Shown piece by piece: positions 1 through 14,563 of a DNA stretch of 64,000 nt. The notes beneath the pieces were generated by a model. It saw only the letters and a program-made list of their open reading frames with translations. It had not been told where the DNA came from and did no database searches. Where the stretch lies: assembly GCF_001194135.2 (NCBI RefSeq), contig NC_068986.1, positions 20,551,307-20,615,306 of the forward strand. The letters run 5' to 3'. Made by a program: the position numbers and the translations under genes. Each line of letters opens with the position of its first letter. Positions within the stretch are counted from its first letter, which is position 1. This stretch comes from Octopus bimaculoides. Lineage: Eukaryota.

Positions 1-41
<41 letters not shown>

Positions 42-60
42 TCTCTGTGTGTGTGTGTGT
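1..60. repeat. (TA)n/(CA)n/(TG)n compound microsatellite
   Basis: Direct reading. Confidence 0.95.
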
Positions 61-1750
61 GATCATAATCATTATTAGTCATTGCAAATGCAGTGTGAGG
101 AGGAGCCGACTCTATTGTATTGTGATATCGGCGGAATGTTGCTGTGAGATCATTCCTTAATTCGTATATAGTAAAAGCTATGCATACGTCGAATCATTAG
201 CATATATTAATCTGATTTCATATCAAGAGTGGATAGTAATGTAGATGAAGCTTTTTTTTCTTTAATAAAAATTCATCAAGGGGAGATCGTCATTGTACGA
301 CGGCTGCTAACAAATTACCTCAGACTATGTAAAATTACAGTAAAATGTATCTAAAATTATCATTCCGTGGTACTTTTTTTTTATCCTAAAATTGAAAATA
401 ATTGGGAAGTAGATAAAATAAAACAAATATAGATTTTTCAAAAATGTTGTTAAACTTATAACGCAGTAATGATGGGTCGGTCAATATCAGTGAAACAGCT
501 GTTCACAGAGGCTTTTGTTAGCCAGGTTTTATTTGCGTATTTGTTAGCTGGCAACCATGATAGTACGATTAAATGAATAATATTGTTACGTGTCTCTTAG
601 AGAATTCTCTGCAGTTCGATCCGTTGTCTCTTGTGACATTTTACGCGCATGCTCGAACTCGTATTACTAAAGAAAGAAGTAAACATCGTTTACACTCGCA
701 TCTCTTTTAGACTCACCTTTCCAATAATTTGTACGATCGGAATGATATCTAAACGTTTTATTAATTAGGTGTAGACGTTGATATAGATCTCTCATAGTTT
801 TTTTTTTTCTTTTTTATAGATCTATGTGTCTGTGTGCTTTTTTTTTATGTATGTACATCGATGTAAAAGTTACATTAGATTCATTTTTTTCAATAACGAA
901 ATACACATACGAAATATATATTTTTTTAATGAATAGATTTGAGTAATGTGAAAGATATTCTTAACGCAGTGGGTGATTTTACATAAAGCTGAAATATATG
1001 AAAACCAATCTTCCACGTGTTTCGTGCGATCTCATCAGCTTTATCGACCTGTTAGCAGCGGTTCTGATGTTTATATTAATTTATGCAATATTCAATTTGT
1101 TCTCATTGGCGTCAGCCGTTGTCAAAGACAAACGCATTTATTATAATGTTCGAATGGGATAAGGTTTTCTGTGTGTTGTATGTGGTAATTGAATATTCTA
1201 GAAAGTTTCATAGATCGAAAAAGTACTGTAGAATTATTTCAGTTTCTTGGTTGTAACTTATATTTTAGTTGAAAGATGCTTGTTATTTTGGTTATTCTTT
1301 TGTAAGGGAAAAAAAGTTTATTCAGCTGGTTCAACCTTGAGAAAATATAGTCTATTTATTGTCGATATCACGTCAAAAATTTTGTTTTTCTATTGTTTAG
1401 CGTACATTTCTTAATCTTCAGAAAATGGTTTTAAGCACTTGTCGACATTTCTTCCACCTTCATTCTAGTAGTAGTGGTGGTTGTGGAATATCACTCACAC
1501 ATACATCTATATATATACTATGCTCTTGTTTTCTGGAATGGTTGGTGTTTTTGTAAGTAATTTCAGCAATATGGCGTATTTTACGTCGAAAAGTATTTCT
1601 TTTAATAACTTGCGGAACAATCGTAAAACGTTTCCTTCTTTCATTTTGTGCTTAAAATAAAACATCTATTTACGAGCAAGTGGCTAGATATCTGCGGCAA
1701 AGTCACGAGTGTCCTTCCATGCAAAAAGCAAGATGATATTGATCATAAGC
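60..1750. promoter_or_regulatory. CpG-enriched region, probable promoter / first exon / start of intron 1 of OGT
   Basis: By eye, CG dinucleotides are frequent here (e.g. atcggcgg, tacgacggc, tacgcgcatgctcgaactcg, tacgtcga) but scarce in non-TE intronic DNA downstream. It lies upstream of the first recognised OGT exon. Confidence 0.45.
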
Positions 1751-3130
1751 TATTATTGTTTATAGGTGGGGTTTTTTTTTTAATGTAAAATATTTTTGCT
1801 TTAAGAGACAAATGCTTATTGTCTAAATGCTCTTTCATTTTGTTGTTGGAGTAATTTCATTGTATGTGGAATACTAATTCAAGGAAAAAATTAAATGTTT
1901 GAGAGGAATTTTGCGGAATATCATCATTTTGACATTTTCCTTGAGAAGTATCTGGGTGTATTAGCAGTCAACTGTCATAATGAATTCCACAGTGGTGCTT
2001 CTGAACTTAGTGCTCTAAAATAGCTTATTTATTGAGAAATGAGCTTCTAAACTTTCTGAAGATTTTTGGCTATTTAGGATCAATAAAATCGTTCGTCAGC
2101 AGGCTACACATTTGAAGGGGCACAGTCGGTTGAATCAATCTCAGTACATGAGTGGTACTTATCGACCCCAGGGATAAGATCATAGTACCGGTAAATGAAA
2201 CTGCTTCTAGCATTCTTTGCCTTCATAAATAATAGACCAGAAGCAAACAAGATTTACTGGTGTAAATAATTCCATGAAGCTGGAATTTAAGAAAAATGGA
2301 GAGGAAGAGACATTGAATACTCAGTGTTCATCCTAATATGAATAAAAAACCTTTAAGATTATGTAAAATATATATGCCAGAATCTATCTTATTTGATTTA
2401 ATATACTTAAATGTTGTCAGCAATTGAATATTTAGTAGTATATCAATCAAATCTGAAGTCAGTGAGAAATCTTTGAACTGAAGGGGTTCAATATCTGATA
2501 AAATTGGTTATTGTTGTGAACAAATAGCTAAGCTGGAACTAGTTTAGATTCCTTGTTGAAGCTAATAGAATTACCATTGAAAAAGCATGAACCTCACACA
2601 TTCCTTTTCATTCCATTGTTTAGTTGTAAATCAATGATTATTATTGGCTGTATTTTATCTACATAATTTTTTAAATGACGTAGACTTGTAGTTTGTGAAA
2701 TCTAAGAATAAATACATCATCAATATGTGTGGTATATTTATTTCTCATCTCTGGATGTTTGAAGTAATGATTATGAAAAACGGCATCAAAATTGAAATAC
2801 TTCTAATTGTTAGTAGATTGTCAACCAAAATCTCCATCAACTTCTAGTCTTCAAAATAAGTATTTTAACATATACGTTAGAGGTTAGACAAAAGAAAAAA
2901 AAATACCATTTGAGTTTTTTATCTATGATTTGTTGTTTCATTTGAAAAGTGAACTGGAATAAAAACATTTCAAAACTAATTATTTTGTTGTGTTAGTTAT
3001 GAGCTGTTTTCATTCTATTCATGTGTATATGTGTTCATGTATTATTGGTTGAAAAAATGGAAAAAAATAAGAATAAAATCATTTTAGTAAAAGTTAAATA
3101 ATGCAAAAAAATTTGAGACACATTAATATG

Positions 3131-3284
3131 GTATGGCTATGTGATTGAAAAACTTGCTTCCCAACTGTGTGGTTTTGAGTTCAGTTCCGCTGTACAGCAC
3201 CTAGGGCAATTGTCTTCTACTTAGGCTCCAGGCCATCCAAAGCCTTGTAAGTGGATTTGGTAGATTGAAACTGAAAGAAGCTTG
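3131..3284 (+). mobile_element. tRNA-derived SINE family A. Other copies at about 6231-6357, 7271-7420, 14434-14515, 22087-22225, 59625-59690 and 60541-60577; inverse at 19980-20060 and 63350-63440
   Basis: Recurrent consensus tggctgtgtggtaagaagcttgcttcccaaccacatgg..gggttcagtcccactg..gcaccttgggcaagtgtcttctac..gccttgtgagtggatttggtaga.ggaaactgaaagaagc, with A/B-box-like head. Confidence 0.8.
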
Positions 3285-3751
3285 TATGTATGTGTGCGTG
3301 CGTTTGTGTTTACCTATGCCTTGACAGGAGATAGTTGTAAATGAGCATCACTGTCGTACAATGTTTAACATCTGTGAAGAACATGGCTGGTAACGAGGAA
3401 ATGTTACCTTGCTTGGAAACAGAAAAGGTTAATGAAAGCAAGGGTATCTGGCTGTAGGAGAATTTGCCTCAAAGAATATTCTGCCTGACCCATGCAAGCA
3501 CAGGAACTTAGATGTTGAAATGTCGATCACTTTTTAATATGAAATAACAACATATCATTTAGGAGTTTTTTTTTGTTTCCACTGAATCAACTTCAACTAT
3601 GTTGCTCTTTATGAGAATTAGCTTATTCTTTGCCAACAAAGATTGATGGAAACTATTCCACTTCAAGTTGCCACATTCCAATCCCACCTCAGTGTTGTGT
3701 ATGTGCAATTTAATTCATAGATAACTCTGCCCAGAATCACTTGCCTGTCTT

Positions 3752-3783
<32 letters not shown>

Positions 3784-3791
3784 TATACACG

Positions 3792-3868
<77 letters not shown>
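3752..3868. repeat. (TG)n-(TA)n-(CA)n compound microsatellite
   Basis: Direct reading; source of spurious ORFs 3663-3860 and 3741-4196. Confidence 0.95.
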
Positions 3869-3869
<1 letters not shown>

Positions 3870-6357
3870 ATCTCATCATTGTTTAATGTATACCTTCCAT
3901 GCTGGTATGGGTTGAATGGTTTGACAAGAGCCGGTCAGGTACAAGACTACACCAAGTTACTGTCTGTTTTGGCATGGATTTTACAGTTGGATGCCCTTCA
4001 TAACATCAACCACTCCATAGAGTGGACTGATTGCTTTCTTTGTGGCACCAGTACAGGCGAGGTCAGTTTTGGCATGGCTTTCACTGCTGGATGCCCTCCT
4101 AAATGCCAACCACTTCACAGTTTGGACAGAATGCTTTTTACATGGCACCAGTGGAGGGTCTTAAGTTCTTTGTCTCAAATTGGTTGCAGTAAGTAGCTTC
4201 CACTATATATAAAATAGATGATGTGGTCCTTGATCAGATATTTAGAGATCTCCAACACACTTATGTGCGGAGAAAAAGATTCACCCTCTTAGGTACAGTG
4301 TTTGACTAATGTAAACACTTGTAGTTGCATGGATTTGTCGTCAGTTTTGTACGTCTTTTTTTCCCCCCAGTTTTAGAGTCTTTGCGTTTGGATGAAATGC
4401 CCTGAAGTATCACTCTATTAAATACTAATCCATTTCTCTCCATGTTCTTATTTTGTGTACATTGACATACTAACTAGCATTACCCTTTCTCCTACACAGG
4501 TAATGTTCCTCATCCATGCACAACCTCACACAAGACTTGGCACTGCTTTCACAAAACAGTAATTTCAAATCCTTCAATGAGAACTTACCTTTTTGGGCAC
4601 ACTCACTTATTACACATGTCAAGGAAATAGTTTTACATCACAGCCTTCTTATTTATAAAAACAAATTCCTCTTCTAGACCTTACGCACTTTGACTTTCCC
4701 TTTTAATATCACTTACACCATTTGGAAGACTGGGTTTTATTTTCAGGACTATGAGATATTTTTGTTCTGATCAGTTACCATTTTATAAAGCGCAAGTGTG
4801 TATAGATATTTGGGAAAGTGCTGTTGTTGTACACATATAAACATCTGCTTTAACAGTCACTCAACTGATTACGTTCACCAATCCCATATATATAAGAACC
4901 ATCTCTTCTCCCACCATTATGACTTCTCTGAACTCGTAAACTCCATTCTGCTCCCACTCAGAGCTTAAAGTTTTATCCTTTCATCATCTCTTTGTAATTC
5001 TAACTCCTTTCCCCACTCCTCTGCTCAATATTTTTTAGTGTCTAATCATCCCTTTAGAATTTGTTCTTCTTTGACCGGCAGAAGTTGAAACTAAGCACAG
5101 AAATTATGTAAGAGGATAGCTTAAATGGTAGAACATGAGAAAATGCTTTACAGAATTTTGTTAAAATCTGGCAGCTTTCCTTTTTGTCTCTCTTGGGTAG
5201 TTGTGAACTGAGGTCCTTTAAATTGATTTGACCTCTATCTAAAAATGTTGCCTTTTGCCAATGTCTGCAGTCTCCCTCCCTCTTTCTCTCTCTCTCCCTT
5301 CTCTCAGCATTTACAGCATCCAGCTGTAAAAGCCTTGCCAAAACTAACCTTGCCTGTGCTTGTGCCATGTAAAAAGTTCACTCTGCTGAGTGGTTGGTGT
5401 TAGGAAGGGTATCCAGCTGTAAAGATCCTGCCAAAACAGTCACAGAAGTCTGGTGCAGGCTTCTGCCTGGTCGGTTCCTGTCAAACTGTCCCAGCATGGA
5501 AGGCAGATGTTAAACGATAGCCTCTACAGCTGGATATCCTTTGTAATGCCAACATTACAATGAACTGTAATTTTTTTCATGGCACCAATACTATGGAGGT
5601 TGCTAAGAAACTTGCTTAAATAAAGAGGACTCTTGTCTGATTGGGTGTTTGGTAAGGAGGAGAGCAACTTTACACGAGGTGTTTAGTGGTTAAAGTATGC
5701 TACAAGGGATGGGGACAATTTTCTTGCTGTAGAGGAGATATATAGATACCTCGCATTATGTGTGTGTGTGGGTGAGTAATTAGGTTGGAGTGGATTAGAG
5801 AACTAGAAATAATTGCAATGATGTCTGTGGTCTCAAGTACAAGGCGGAATAAAAGTGTGGGTGCAAGTCAGATAGATTGCAGGAGTGTATGGGCTGAGTG
5901 AGAGATGGCTTGAGATGTGAGAAGTGAACAAGAGTGGAATGGGAGTTAGTGGAAACTGTGTTGGAAGGGAGTTGGGCGAGGGGAAGGAGTGACTGACAGT
6001 TCAGAAAGGGTGAAAAGTAACAAAATAGTAATAGAGTGGATGGGGGAAAGATGATGGAAAGGAAGGTGATGGGTGGGTGGTGAATGTGAGACATGTAGTG
6101 ATAAGATGCAGTCAGAGGTACACAGGGTTAAAGTGAAATGGCTCAGATGAAATCAAACTTGTGATGACAGTACTGAAGTTGACAGTCTAGCTCTACAAAA
6201 ATCTACAAAAGGCTGTATATATATGTATATAGGTGCAGTTGTGTGGTAAGAAGCTTACTTCCTAACCACATGGCTCAAGGTTCAGTCCCACTGTGTGGCA
6301 CCTTGGGCAAGTGTTTTCTACTAAAGCTTTGGGCTGTCCAAAGCCTGAAAGAAGCGC

Positions 6358-6393
<36 letters not shown>

Positions 6394-6396
<3 letters not shown>

Positions 6397-6537
6397 TCAT
6401 CGTCGTTTAACGTCCGCTTTCCATGCTAGCATGGGTTGGACGATTTGACTGAGGACTGGTGAAACCAGATGGCTACACCAGGCTCCAATCTGATTTGGCA
6501 GAGTTTCTACAGCTGAATGCCCTTCCTAACGCCAACC
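6394..6537 (-). mobile_element. Dispersed repeat family B with (GAT)n tail (SINE / RTE-like 3' end). Copies at about 3882, 5317, 10160, 20085, 22250, 36080, 48800, 50380 and 53800
   Basis: Recurrent catcatc..tttaacgtccgctttccatgctagcatgggttggacg...gcccttcctaacgccaacc in both orientations. Confidence 0.75.
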
Positions 6538-6720
6538 ATGTATATATGTCTATGTGTCTTTGGTATGTTTTTGTCCCTGTAACTTAGCTGTTTGGCAAAA
6601 GAGACCAATAGAATAAGTACTAGGCTTAAAAAACACAAGTCCTGGAGTTGATTGTTCGACTAAAACTCTCCAAAGTAGTGCTTCAACATGGCTGCAGTTA
6701 ATAGATGAACAACTAAAAGA

Positions 6721-6751
<31 letters not shown>

Positions 6752-6767
6752 NNNNNNNNNNAAAGAG

Positions 6768-6799
<32 letters not shown>

Positions 6800-7122
6800 T
6801 AAAAGTTTTAAGAGTTGAAGTACTTTGTTAATGAAGTCATTTGACAGTTCAGATAAAAAGTTATGTCTAGTATGTACATAATAAATACTAGACATCTATA
6901 TTTTGTAAAAATCTACATGGTTCCAAGGCTAGTTTAAAATAGTTTTTGCTATTTATGTACAATATGTCTAAGTAGTGATGTTGCTTTGGTGTAGTGGTTA
7001 TCACAGCTTAGAAGTGTTAATCATTGTCAAGTGTTCAAATTTGTCCTGGCAGTGTCACAGCTTTTCTTCATTGTCTGCTGTATTCTCTCTCTCACACATA
7101 TACATCTGAGTGGTTGTGTGTA

Positions 7123-7158
<36 letters not shown>

Positions 7159-8639
7159 CATACACATACATACACACACCCACCCACTTATGCGCTTAAA
7201 ACTAGAAGTGATTATCTCCCCTTGAATAGCAGCAGTCAGCCATTTGTACACACACCCACACCCACAGACATGGAGGTGTGGTTCAGAAGCTTGCTTCCCA
7301 GCTCTGTGGTTCTAGGTTCTAATCTGCTGCATGCTACTTTGGTTAAGTGTCTTTGACCATAGCCCCTTTTCAACTAAACCCTTGTGAATGGATTTTGTTA
7401 ACAGAAACTGAAAGAATCCCATTTAATGTTTTCCTACCATGCTGGCTTAAGTTGGATGGTTATACAGCAGCTAGCAAACCAGAAGACTGCCGAGCTCTAC
7501 AGTTTGCTTTGGATATAGCTTCTATGGCTAGATGCCCTTCCTAATGCCAACTACTTTACAGATTGTACTGGGTGCTTTTTATGTAGCATCAACAAGGTCA
7601 CCAAGTAACTTGCAAGAAAAGATCCCCCAACTGAGGGGGAAGTAGTGTAGAGGAAGATGACCTTGTTCCAGGTGATGAAAGGTTAGATTATAATAGAGGG
7701 ATAGAAACTGGTATTTTGCATAGAGGAGATACATGGCTACCTCAGTTGGAAGAAAAGAGAGAAGAGTGTGCACTTGTGTATACAAGCATTACTGTCATCC
7801 AAGCAGTTTTCCATAAAAATGTCTGGCCATGAGGAAATGTGAAGTTGTAAACAAGAAGGGCATATGGCTGTAGAAAATCTACTGCAATGAATTTTGTGTG
7901 ATGATATGGACTTTTTGGGAGTTAATCTTGGATGGTGGGGAGCAATGTGTAATATGTTTGTGTGGTAGATGAAAAAATATCTTTATGGATAATGCAATCT
8001 GGTGGGTAGCAAAAAGTTTGTTAGGAGAAAGTAGTACTAGAATAAAGAGTTAGGAAAGGAAACAAGCACATGTTTTGTAGGCAGTGGGTGGTAATAACAA
8101 TTTTATTCTGGGTTGACTGGTAACAAAAAAAAAAATATATGAAATTCCTGTTGAATTGCATTGCTTTTATTTCAATTGAGTTTGAATATAATGAATTTAG
8201 TAAAATAACTGTCATTGTTAAGCTAGTATTTGGAACATGAATTAACATGAAAATTTGATGGAAAATTTTCATTTAAATCACTTTGAATAGGATGTTTGTT
8301 ACACAGAACCAAGGGTGGTCTTGGGTGGGTAGGTATCAAAAGGGTTAAAGCTCTGTTGAACCTGTTTGGGTGGCTTCTGCTAAATTGTTTGGATTATTGA
8401 TAGTTATTTGTGAGGACTCATCCAAGCATGTATACAAATACAGGTACTGGAAGTTTGATTTGTGCAGGTCACTTTCATTAGTGTTGAAAGCTTGTTGAAT
8501 TCAGTTAGATGGGTAGACGGTTATAGTGTTGGAAATTAATGGTTGATTTTTAAGCCATTGTTAGGGTTCATTCAAGCGTGTGTGTATATATGTGTATATA
8601 TATAACAATGAAGAAATAAGTGATATAGATATCCACTTT

Positions 8640-9840
8640 ATACAGCTCAACCAATTAGCACTCTGATAAAGCTTAACAAAATTCTCCATGGTATACAATA
8701 TACCATGCACTCATCTATATGATATATAAAAAATTTATAAGAATTTATAAATACATACATATGTACGAAAATTTATAAATATATAAGAATTCATAGACAT
8801 ATAAAAATTTATAAACACATAAAAATTCATAAATATAAATATATAAAAATATAAGCCCATAAATGTACTTGCAAAGTCCGAATGTTCGAATTTGAATCAA
8901 TGAAGAGAAAGATAATAAGCGAATGTAAAATGATTCATAAGGAATCTAAAACATGTATAAAATCTTATGGCCGTTTCGAAAAAATATAGGTTGCTATGGG
9001 TGGGCTAACTCCAACCATAGTAATTTTCTATATTTCTCTCATCAGAGTTAATAGATTCACAAGGTTAAAACTTTGATAGAAATGGTAGGTTAGATGATTT
9101 TTAAAAACCGAATGTTTAATCGGACCGTTCTCTTCAAGCAGATGTTAAAAGGCTAAAGTGCATTATGATGCTATATATACTATAAAGTTTTTGAAGAGTC
9201 CATAATATGAAGTAAGGCTAGATTAGGATCCTATAGTTTAATTAATTTTGGTGAAAAATTCAAAAGTTGGAAGATATTTGTGTCTACAGGTAATTATAAC
9301 GTCATATATCTTAAGTAAACTATTTTTGTTGGCTTGGATTATGTGGATTGCCTCCTTCGTGCATAAATCACAATTCTTCGTGTGTGTATTATATGTGTGG
9401 CTTCCCTTATAGACTAATTCAGACTGAATTCTTTATTGTTTGTTTTTAATTTATTGATTTAGGTTGCTAGTGTGGTTGCTTTGTTTCCTGGTTAGTGAAA
9501 GAGTTTATATGCGCCCTGTATCTACTTTTAAAGTCAGTTGTACTACCTATGAAAATCTTTTTAGGTTCATTTAGGACTGATTTCAACTTTATATATGGTA
9601 TTTCTCATTAAACAGAGCCTTTAAGGGGACAAAATTCACTATTACAACAATTACATTTTTATTTTGTTTCCTGGTTTTGTCTTACTATTTTTAATATCCA
9701 TGTTCTTATTATTGTTCTTTGTGTTAGGAGGGTCAGCTTAGTTAACTCTATTGGTTTCATTATTTCTAAGTTTGTCTATTATTGGCTGCAATGATAGATC
9801 CAAGATTGGGTGTGGTAGAATAGGATAATTTAAGATGTAT
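8640..9840 (-). mobile_element. Penelope-like element remnant (GIY-YIG endonuclease region)
   Basis: Minus-strand fragments KCNCCNSEFCPLKG, IYKVEIS, KIFIGSTTDFKSRYRAHINSF, YNTHTKNCDLCTKEAIHIIQANKNSLL; boundaries approximate. Confidence 0.75.
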
Positions 9841-10419
9841 GTATGTATATATATGTAGGTATATATGTGTGTGTGTGCGCGCAACAGGTTAGATTTGTAT
9901 AGGAGCACAGGTCAGTGATAGGTCAGATTCAGTGATTTATGTTTAAATGTTACATTTGAATATTTTCAATTATGAATTTCTACTGGCTTTGTAGAAATTT
10001 AGGTATTATTATTTGATGTCAATATAGATTTTTTCCTCTTTAGCAGTTGGATGCATGTACACACGTTTGCAACTATAGCTTTATTGTGCATCTTCATTGG
10101 TTAGTATACATATATCTCTTTATACACACAAAATGTACGTTTGTGTGTATATAGATATTATCACATCATCATTGTTTAATGTCCGTTTTCCATGCTGGCA
10201 TGAGTTGGATGGTTTCACAAGAGTTGTCCTGACTCCAATTGTCTCTTGTGGCATGGTTTCTATGGCTGGATGCCCTTCCTAATGCTAACCACTTTACTGA
10301 GTGTGCTGAGTGCGTTTACACAGCACCGATGTGTGTGCATTTTGTGTGGCACCAGCACCTGTAAAGGACAAGCCTGTATGTGTGGATGACAGTACAATGA
10401 ATTGCCATAACTCTTGTGT

Positions 10420-11330
10420 CCTTGTCAATTCCTCAGTGTCTGAAGATTCTTTAACACTTTGTCCCATGTCTTCCTGGGCCTACCCCTCCCCCAGGTTCCT
10501 TCCACAGTGGCTGTCCCTCATCCATACACATCATGTGACCAAACCAGTGCAGTCTTCTCTCTTTCACACAACATCTGCTTCATATATGTAGTTTTCCTCT
10601 TAAATCATTTACACTCTATCGTGTATACACACTGATATTACCCCTCCAGTGGAGTATGTTAGCTTCCTTTTTTTCAAGCCTTCACAAGTCCCCACTAGTC
10701 ATAACCCATGTCTCACTGCCATGTAACATAACAGTATGTGTAGAGGCATCATGCAATCTGCCTCTCTCTCTGAGAGAGGGGCCTTTAGTTACCAACAAAG
10801 GTGGAAGCTTTCTGAACTTTGCCCATTCTGTTCTTATTCTAGCAACTACACTTTCAGAACTTCCTCCTCCACTGCTAACTTGATCACCCCGAGCATTTGT
10901 GGGAGTCGATTGTCTGCACGTTTTTAGTGCTTATTGTACCTGCACATTTGTCACACACAGACTATTTTCTCTGTTAACCTTCCTGTGATTCTGCTACACC
11001 TCGTATGTGTCGACAAGTGGCGGCTGAGAACTGATCCTTGGTGATCTACCTGTATACTGAATTCATTGCTATACTCGCTGCCAACCATCACCTTACTGGC
11101 AGCATCCCTGTACATGGTTTGTACAGCTCTCACTAACCACTCCTCTGTCTCTAGCTTCCACATTGACCACCAAGTAAGGGAGTGGAAATCCCTGTCAAAG
11201 GTTTTCTCAGTTTCAACAGCTAAATACTTCTGCAGTTGCTTTATTGGGTATATAACATCAGTCATGCTTCAGACACAAAACCAAACTGCATCTCATTTAG
11301 GCTAACTCTTCCTAATTAGTTGAGTTGTAA
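10420..11330 (-). mobile_element. RTE-clade LINE reverse-transcriptase remnant
   Basis: Minus-strand fragments EEWLVRAVQTMYRDAASKVMVGSEYS...HQGSVLS and ARIRTEWAKFRKLPPLLVTKG...VMLHGSETW are typical of RTE RT. Confidence 0.8.
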
Positions 11331-11491
11331 CCCTCTCTGTAGCTTTCATTACCTGGTGCAGCAATTTCATACCTATGTAACTATTTCTGTCTTTGTAGCA
11401 GTTGACTTTGGTACTGCTGTACCAGTCGTTGCGTATGACTTCTTTGTGGACAACATTGTTAGTTCAAATCCCATTCCGCCAGGTGTTTTAA

Positions 11492-11524
<33 letters not shown>

Positions 11525-12030
11525 TATAAAATACAAAACCTGATTTTACACACACACATAGTGGTATATATTCATAGACCTATCCACATGTAAATGTGTA
11601 CACTTACAAATACATGTACTTGTGATGGGTGTTAATAAATATGCAAAAATAAACAGATGTCTTCAAAGACATTGCTGCATGATCATACATACACGTGTAA
11701 GCATAAATATAAACATGTAGACACACACACACACACACACATCATTATCGTCGTCATCGTTTAATATCTATATTCCATGTTAACATGGGATAAATGGTTT
11801 GACATGATCCAATGAACCAGAGTGCTACTTTGTGCTCCATTGTCACCTTTTGTAAGATTTCTATGGCTAGATACCCTTCATAATGACAACCCTCACACAT
11901 CTATACACACATACATAAATTGTATATATAAAGATATATATTCACATGTATACAAACAAATATGTATACATGTATGTACATATAGTTATACATGTATATA
12001 TACTTACACCTGTATTCAAAATGTTTACTT

Positions 12031-13270
12031 AAGGGTGTTCAGGCCAAGTTTGACAGTTCGCATAAAAGAAAAAAAGCATTAATATCCAGTCCAAAAATAA
12101 AAAGTATTTTAAAATTTCAAAATATCTCAACTAGATTATGGCTAGGAGATAGCAGTTTACTCAAGGTAACCACCCTCATTTTCCACCTTGGTCTTCTTTA
12201 TGGTGTCCCTTGGAAGATCTTTGAACACCTTGATTTTGGCCATGAGCTCGACGTTGATGTTGTAGGTTGAGTGATTGTTGTCATTTGCAACTGTACCCAA
12301 CACAAAGTAATCTATAGGATTATAATTGGGGGAATTAAGTGGCCAGAAATTGGGGCTGCCTAAATTGTAGAAATTCTCTAATAACTACTTTTAGCTCTGT
12401 TTTTGGAGGTATGGTTAGGAGCTGAATCCTACTACCACACATATGGCCTTTCAGCAGCTTTATGTCGACATCTGAATTGAGCCTAAGTGCCTGTTCAAAG
12501 AAGTGGGGCAGCATGACATCTCCCCTACTTAACACCTAAGACCATCAGAGTTTGAGGGAACTTCCCCCAAGACAATCAGTTTGAGGGAACTTGGTTTTTA
12601 TGATATGTGGGATAGCACTTGGTTTGTAGGCAAGCCACCTGTTCTGGGTGTTATGCAACTGGTCCTGGCAGAAGTTCTTTTCATCTGAAAAATCAGATCA
12701 TCTCCAATTTCAACAGGATCCCTCAGCTTGTTCAGGAGCTTCTTTGCCTTCATTAAGTGGTTCTCCTTGGCCTTGTGCCTCTTGTATATGTGGTAGTGAA
12801 GATCCTCATTTAGGGCGACTCCCAACAGTTTCCCTTTGCCAAAACCTGGATTCCTCTGCTTGGATTTTTCATCTTATCCTGCTGTTGTTGGATGAATTCT
12901 AACATGAATGCAGCCAGAACATCCGCTGTGTCCCTTCCTGCTAGCCATGGCTTTGTAGTCTCTATTGTAGATTTCCGTGTCTCACCTTACAGCCTTTACA
13001 GTATTCACAGAGCATTAAGCAGCAGTTATGATGTTAGCATTTTGCTACTTGGTACAGGTCATCATGATACTAATAACTTATTTTCAATATTCTGTTTGTC
13101 AACTTAAGTTGCTTCTCTTGTATTCAGTTTATGTTTCTTAACATACCTCCTTAAATTCAGGTTCAAGATATGAGATTTTATGGTTGTTAGATTACTGCTG
13201 ATCTCATGGTCCAATACAAATCCTCAAAAACAAATTTATGGGACATTTAAAATTTTCACTGAACACTTTT
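12031..13270 (-). mobile_element. Degenerate Tc1/mariner-superfamily transposon (maT/Tc1-like transposase remnant)
   Basis: Minus-strand fragments ALNEDLHYHIYKR...KAKKLLNKL, FSDEKNFCQDQLHNTQNRWLA and GDVMLPHFFEQALRLNSD. Imperfect terminal inverted similarity (gtgttcag..aa.ttt) at about 12035 and 13262. Confidence 0.8.
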
Positions 13271-13466
13271 CACAGTTGTTTTAGTGTGTTTTGCGTAAAT
13301 CTGATGTGGATATGTGTTTGTAAACCTACACTCATGCTATATTTAATTCTTTCTTGTCAAGAAATTTATTTGATCCATAACCATTCTGTTTCTATCGCAC
13401 TACTTCTCTTACTTTTGTCTATTTGTCTCTTTTTTTCTGTCTTCCTTTTTGCTTTGCCTATCTGAT

Positions 13467-13468
<2 letters not shown>

Positions 13469-13510
<42 letters not shown>
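13469..13510. repeat. (TC)n microsatellite
   Basis: Direct reading. Confidence 0.95.
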
Positions 13511-13514
<4 letters not shown>

Positions 13515-14259
13515 CTTTTCTCTGCCAATCCTGTGTCATAAACAAACAACACTCACTGACAATCACAAACATGACGGATTACCTCTATCTATATTATATA
13601 AATGTGATCTGTAAAATGTATATCAGATATAAAATCTCTGGTTTATATGTCAAGCATAGCTGTGTGATTAAGAAATTTACTTTGCAATCTCTTGGTTTTG
13701 GATTAAGCCTCATTGTACAGTAATTTGGGGCAAGTGTCGTCTACCATTGCTCTAGGTTGATCAATACCTTGTGAGTGAATGTGGTTGACAGAAACTTGAT
13801 TAAGCCTTCCATGTGTGTGAATCTTGATATTTTGTTTGTCTCTATGTAAACATAACTGCTAATTTTTACATTCCTTGTTGGCATAACTGGTCCTTCTGCA
13901 CTTCTGAAAACCAGTGGTATATAAAAAGGGCTGGTGAGTGGAAGAGCATCTGGTTGCAGAATCCTGCCTCATGGGTTGAATGGGTCTGCTTGCTGAATTT
14001 ATTTTCGTTTGGTTTGATTTCTATGACCAGTTGCCCTTCCTAACATCAGCTGCTTTACAGAGTGCACTGGGTGTGTTTTTGTGACACCAGTTCTTGAGAG
14101 GTAACCATGATCTTATCATAACTAAAGTGTCTCTGCTTGCTTTGTCTGCCTCATTACAGAGAGTGAGAAGCAAAAGTAGTAAACATAAATGACAGTGATG
14201 AAAGGGATGTGTGATAGGATGAAAATGAAAACAGTAAATGCTCTGGGCTTAAAGCAATA

Positions 14260-14310
<51 letters not shown>

Positions 14311-14515
14311 NNNNNNNNNNNNNNNNNNNNNNNNNNNNNNNNNNNNNNNNNNNNNNNNNNNNNNNNNNNNNNNNNNNNNNNNNNNNNNNNNNNNNNNNNN
14401 NNNNNNNNNNNNNNNNNNNNNNNNNNNNNNNNNGCAAGTGTCTTCTACTATAGCCTCGGGCCGACTAAGGCCTTGTGAGTGGATTTGGTAGATGGAAACT
14501 GAAAGTAGCCCATCG

Positions 14516-14563
<48 letters not shown>

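Noticed and set aside
459-530. VNISETAVHRG-like reading as OGT first exon
   Set aside because: An in-frame TAA at 459-461 with no ATG after it, and no GT donor at the needed position.
3663-4196. ORFs with CVCVCV / HTHTHT / YIYIYI runs (also at 6713, 7024, 13423, 14122, 22632, 59034, 59889)
   Set aside because: Translations of dinucleotide microsatellites and SINEs, not proteins.
5750-6130. Purine/G-rich strand-biased tracts (also 19420-19830 and 28320-28570) and their Leu/Ser/Pro-rich antisense ORFs
   Set aside because: Recurrent low-complexity, probably TE-derived sequence; no coding or G-quadruplex pattern specific enough to report.
6710-6800. Apparent duplication aaagagtatatata on both sides of the N run (similarly tggat at 41191 and 41206)
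   Set aside because: Typical contig-overlap artefact at scaffold gaps.
12545-12595. Direct repeat agtttgagggaactt x2
   Set aside because: Internal duplication within the decayed Tc1-like element.
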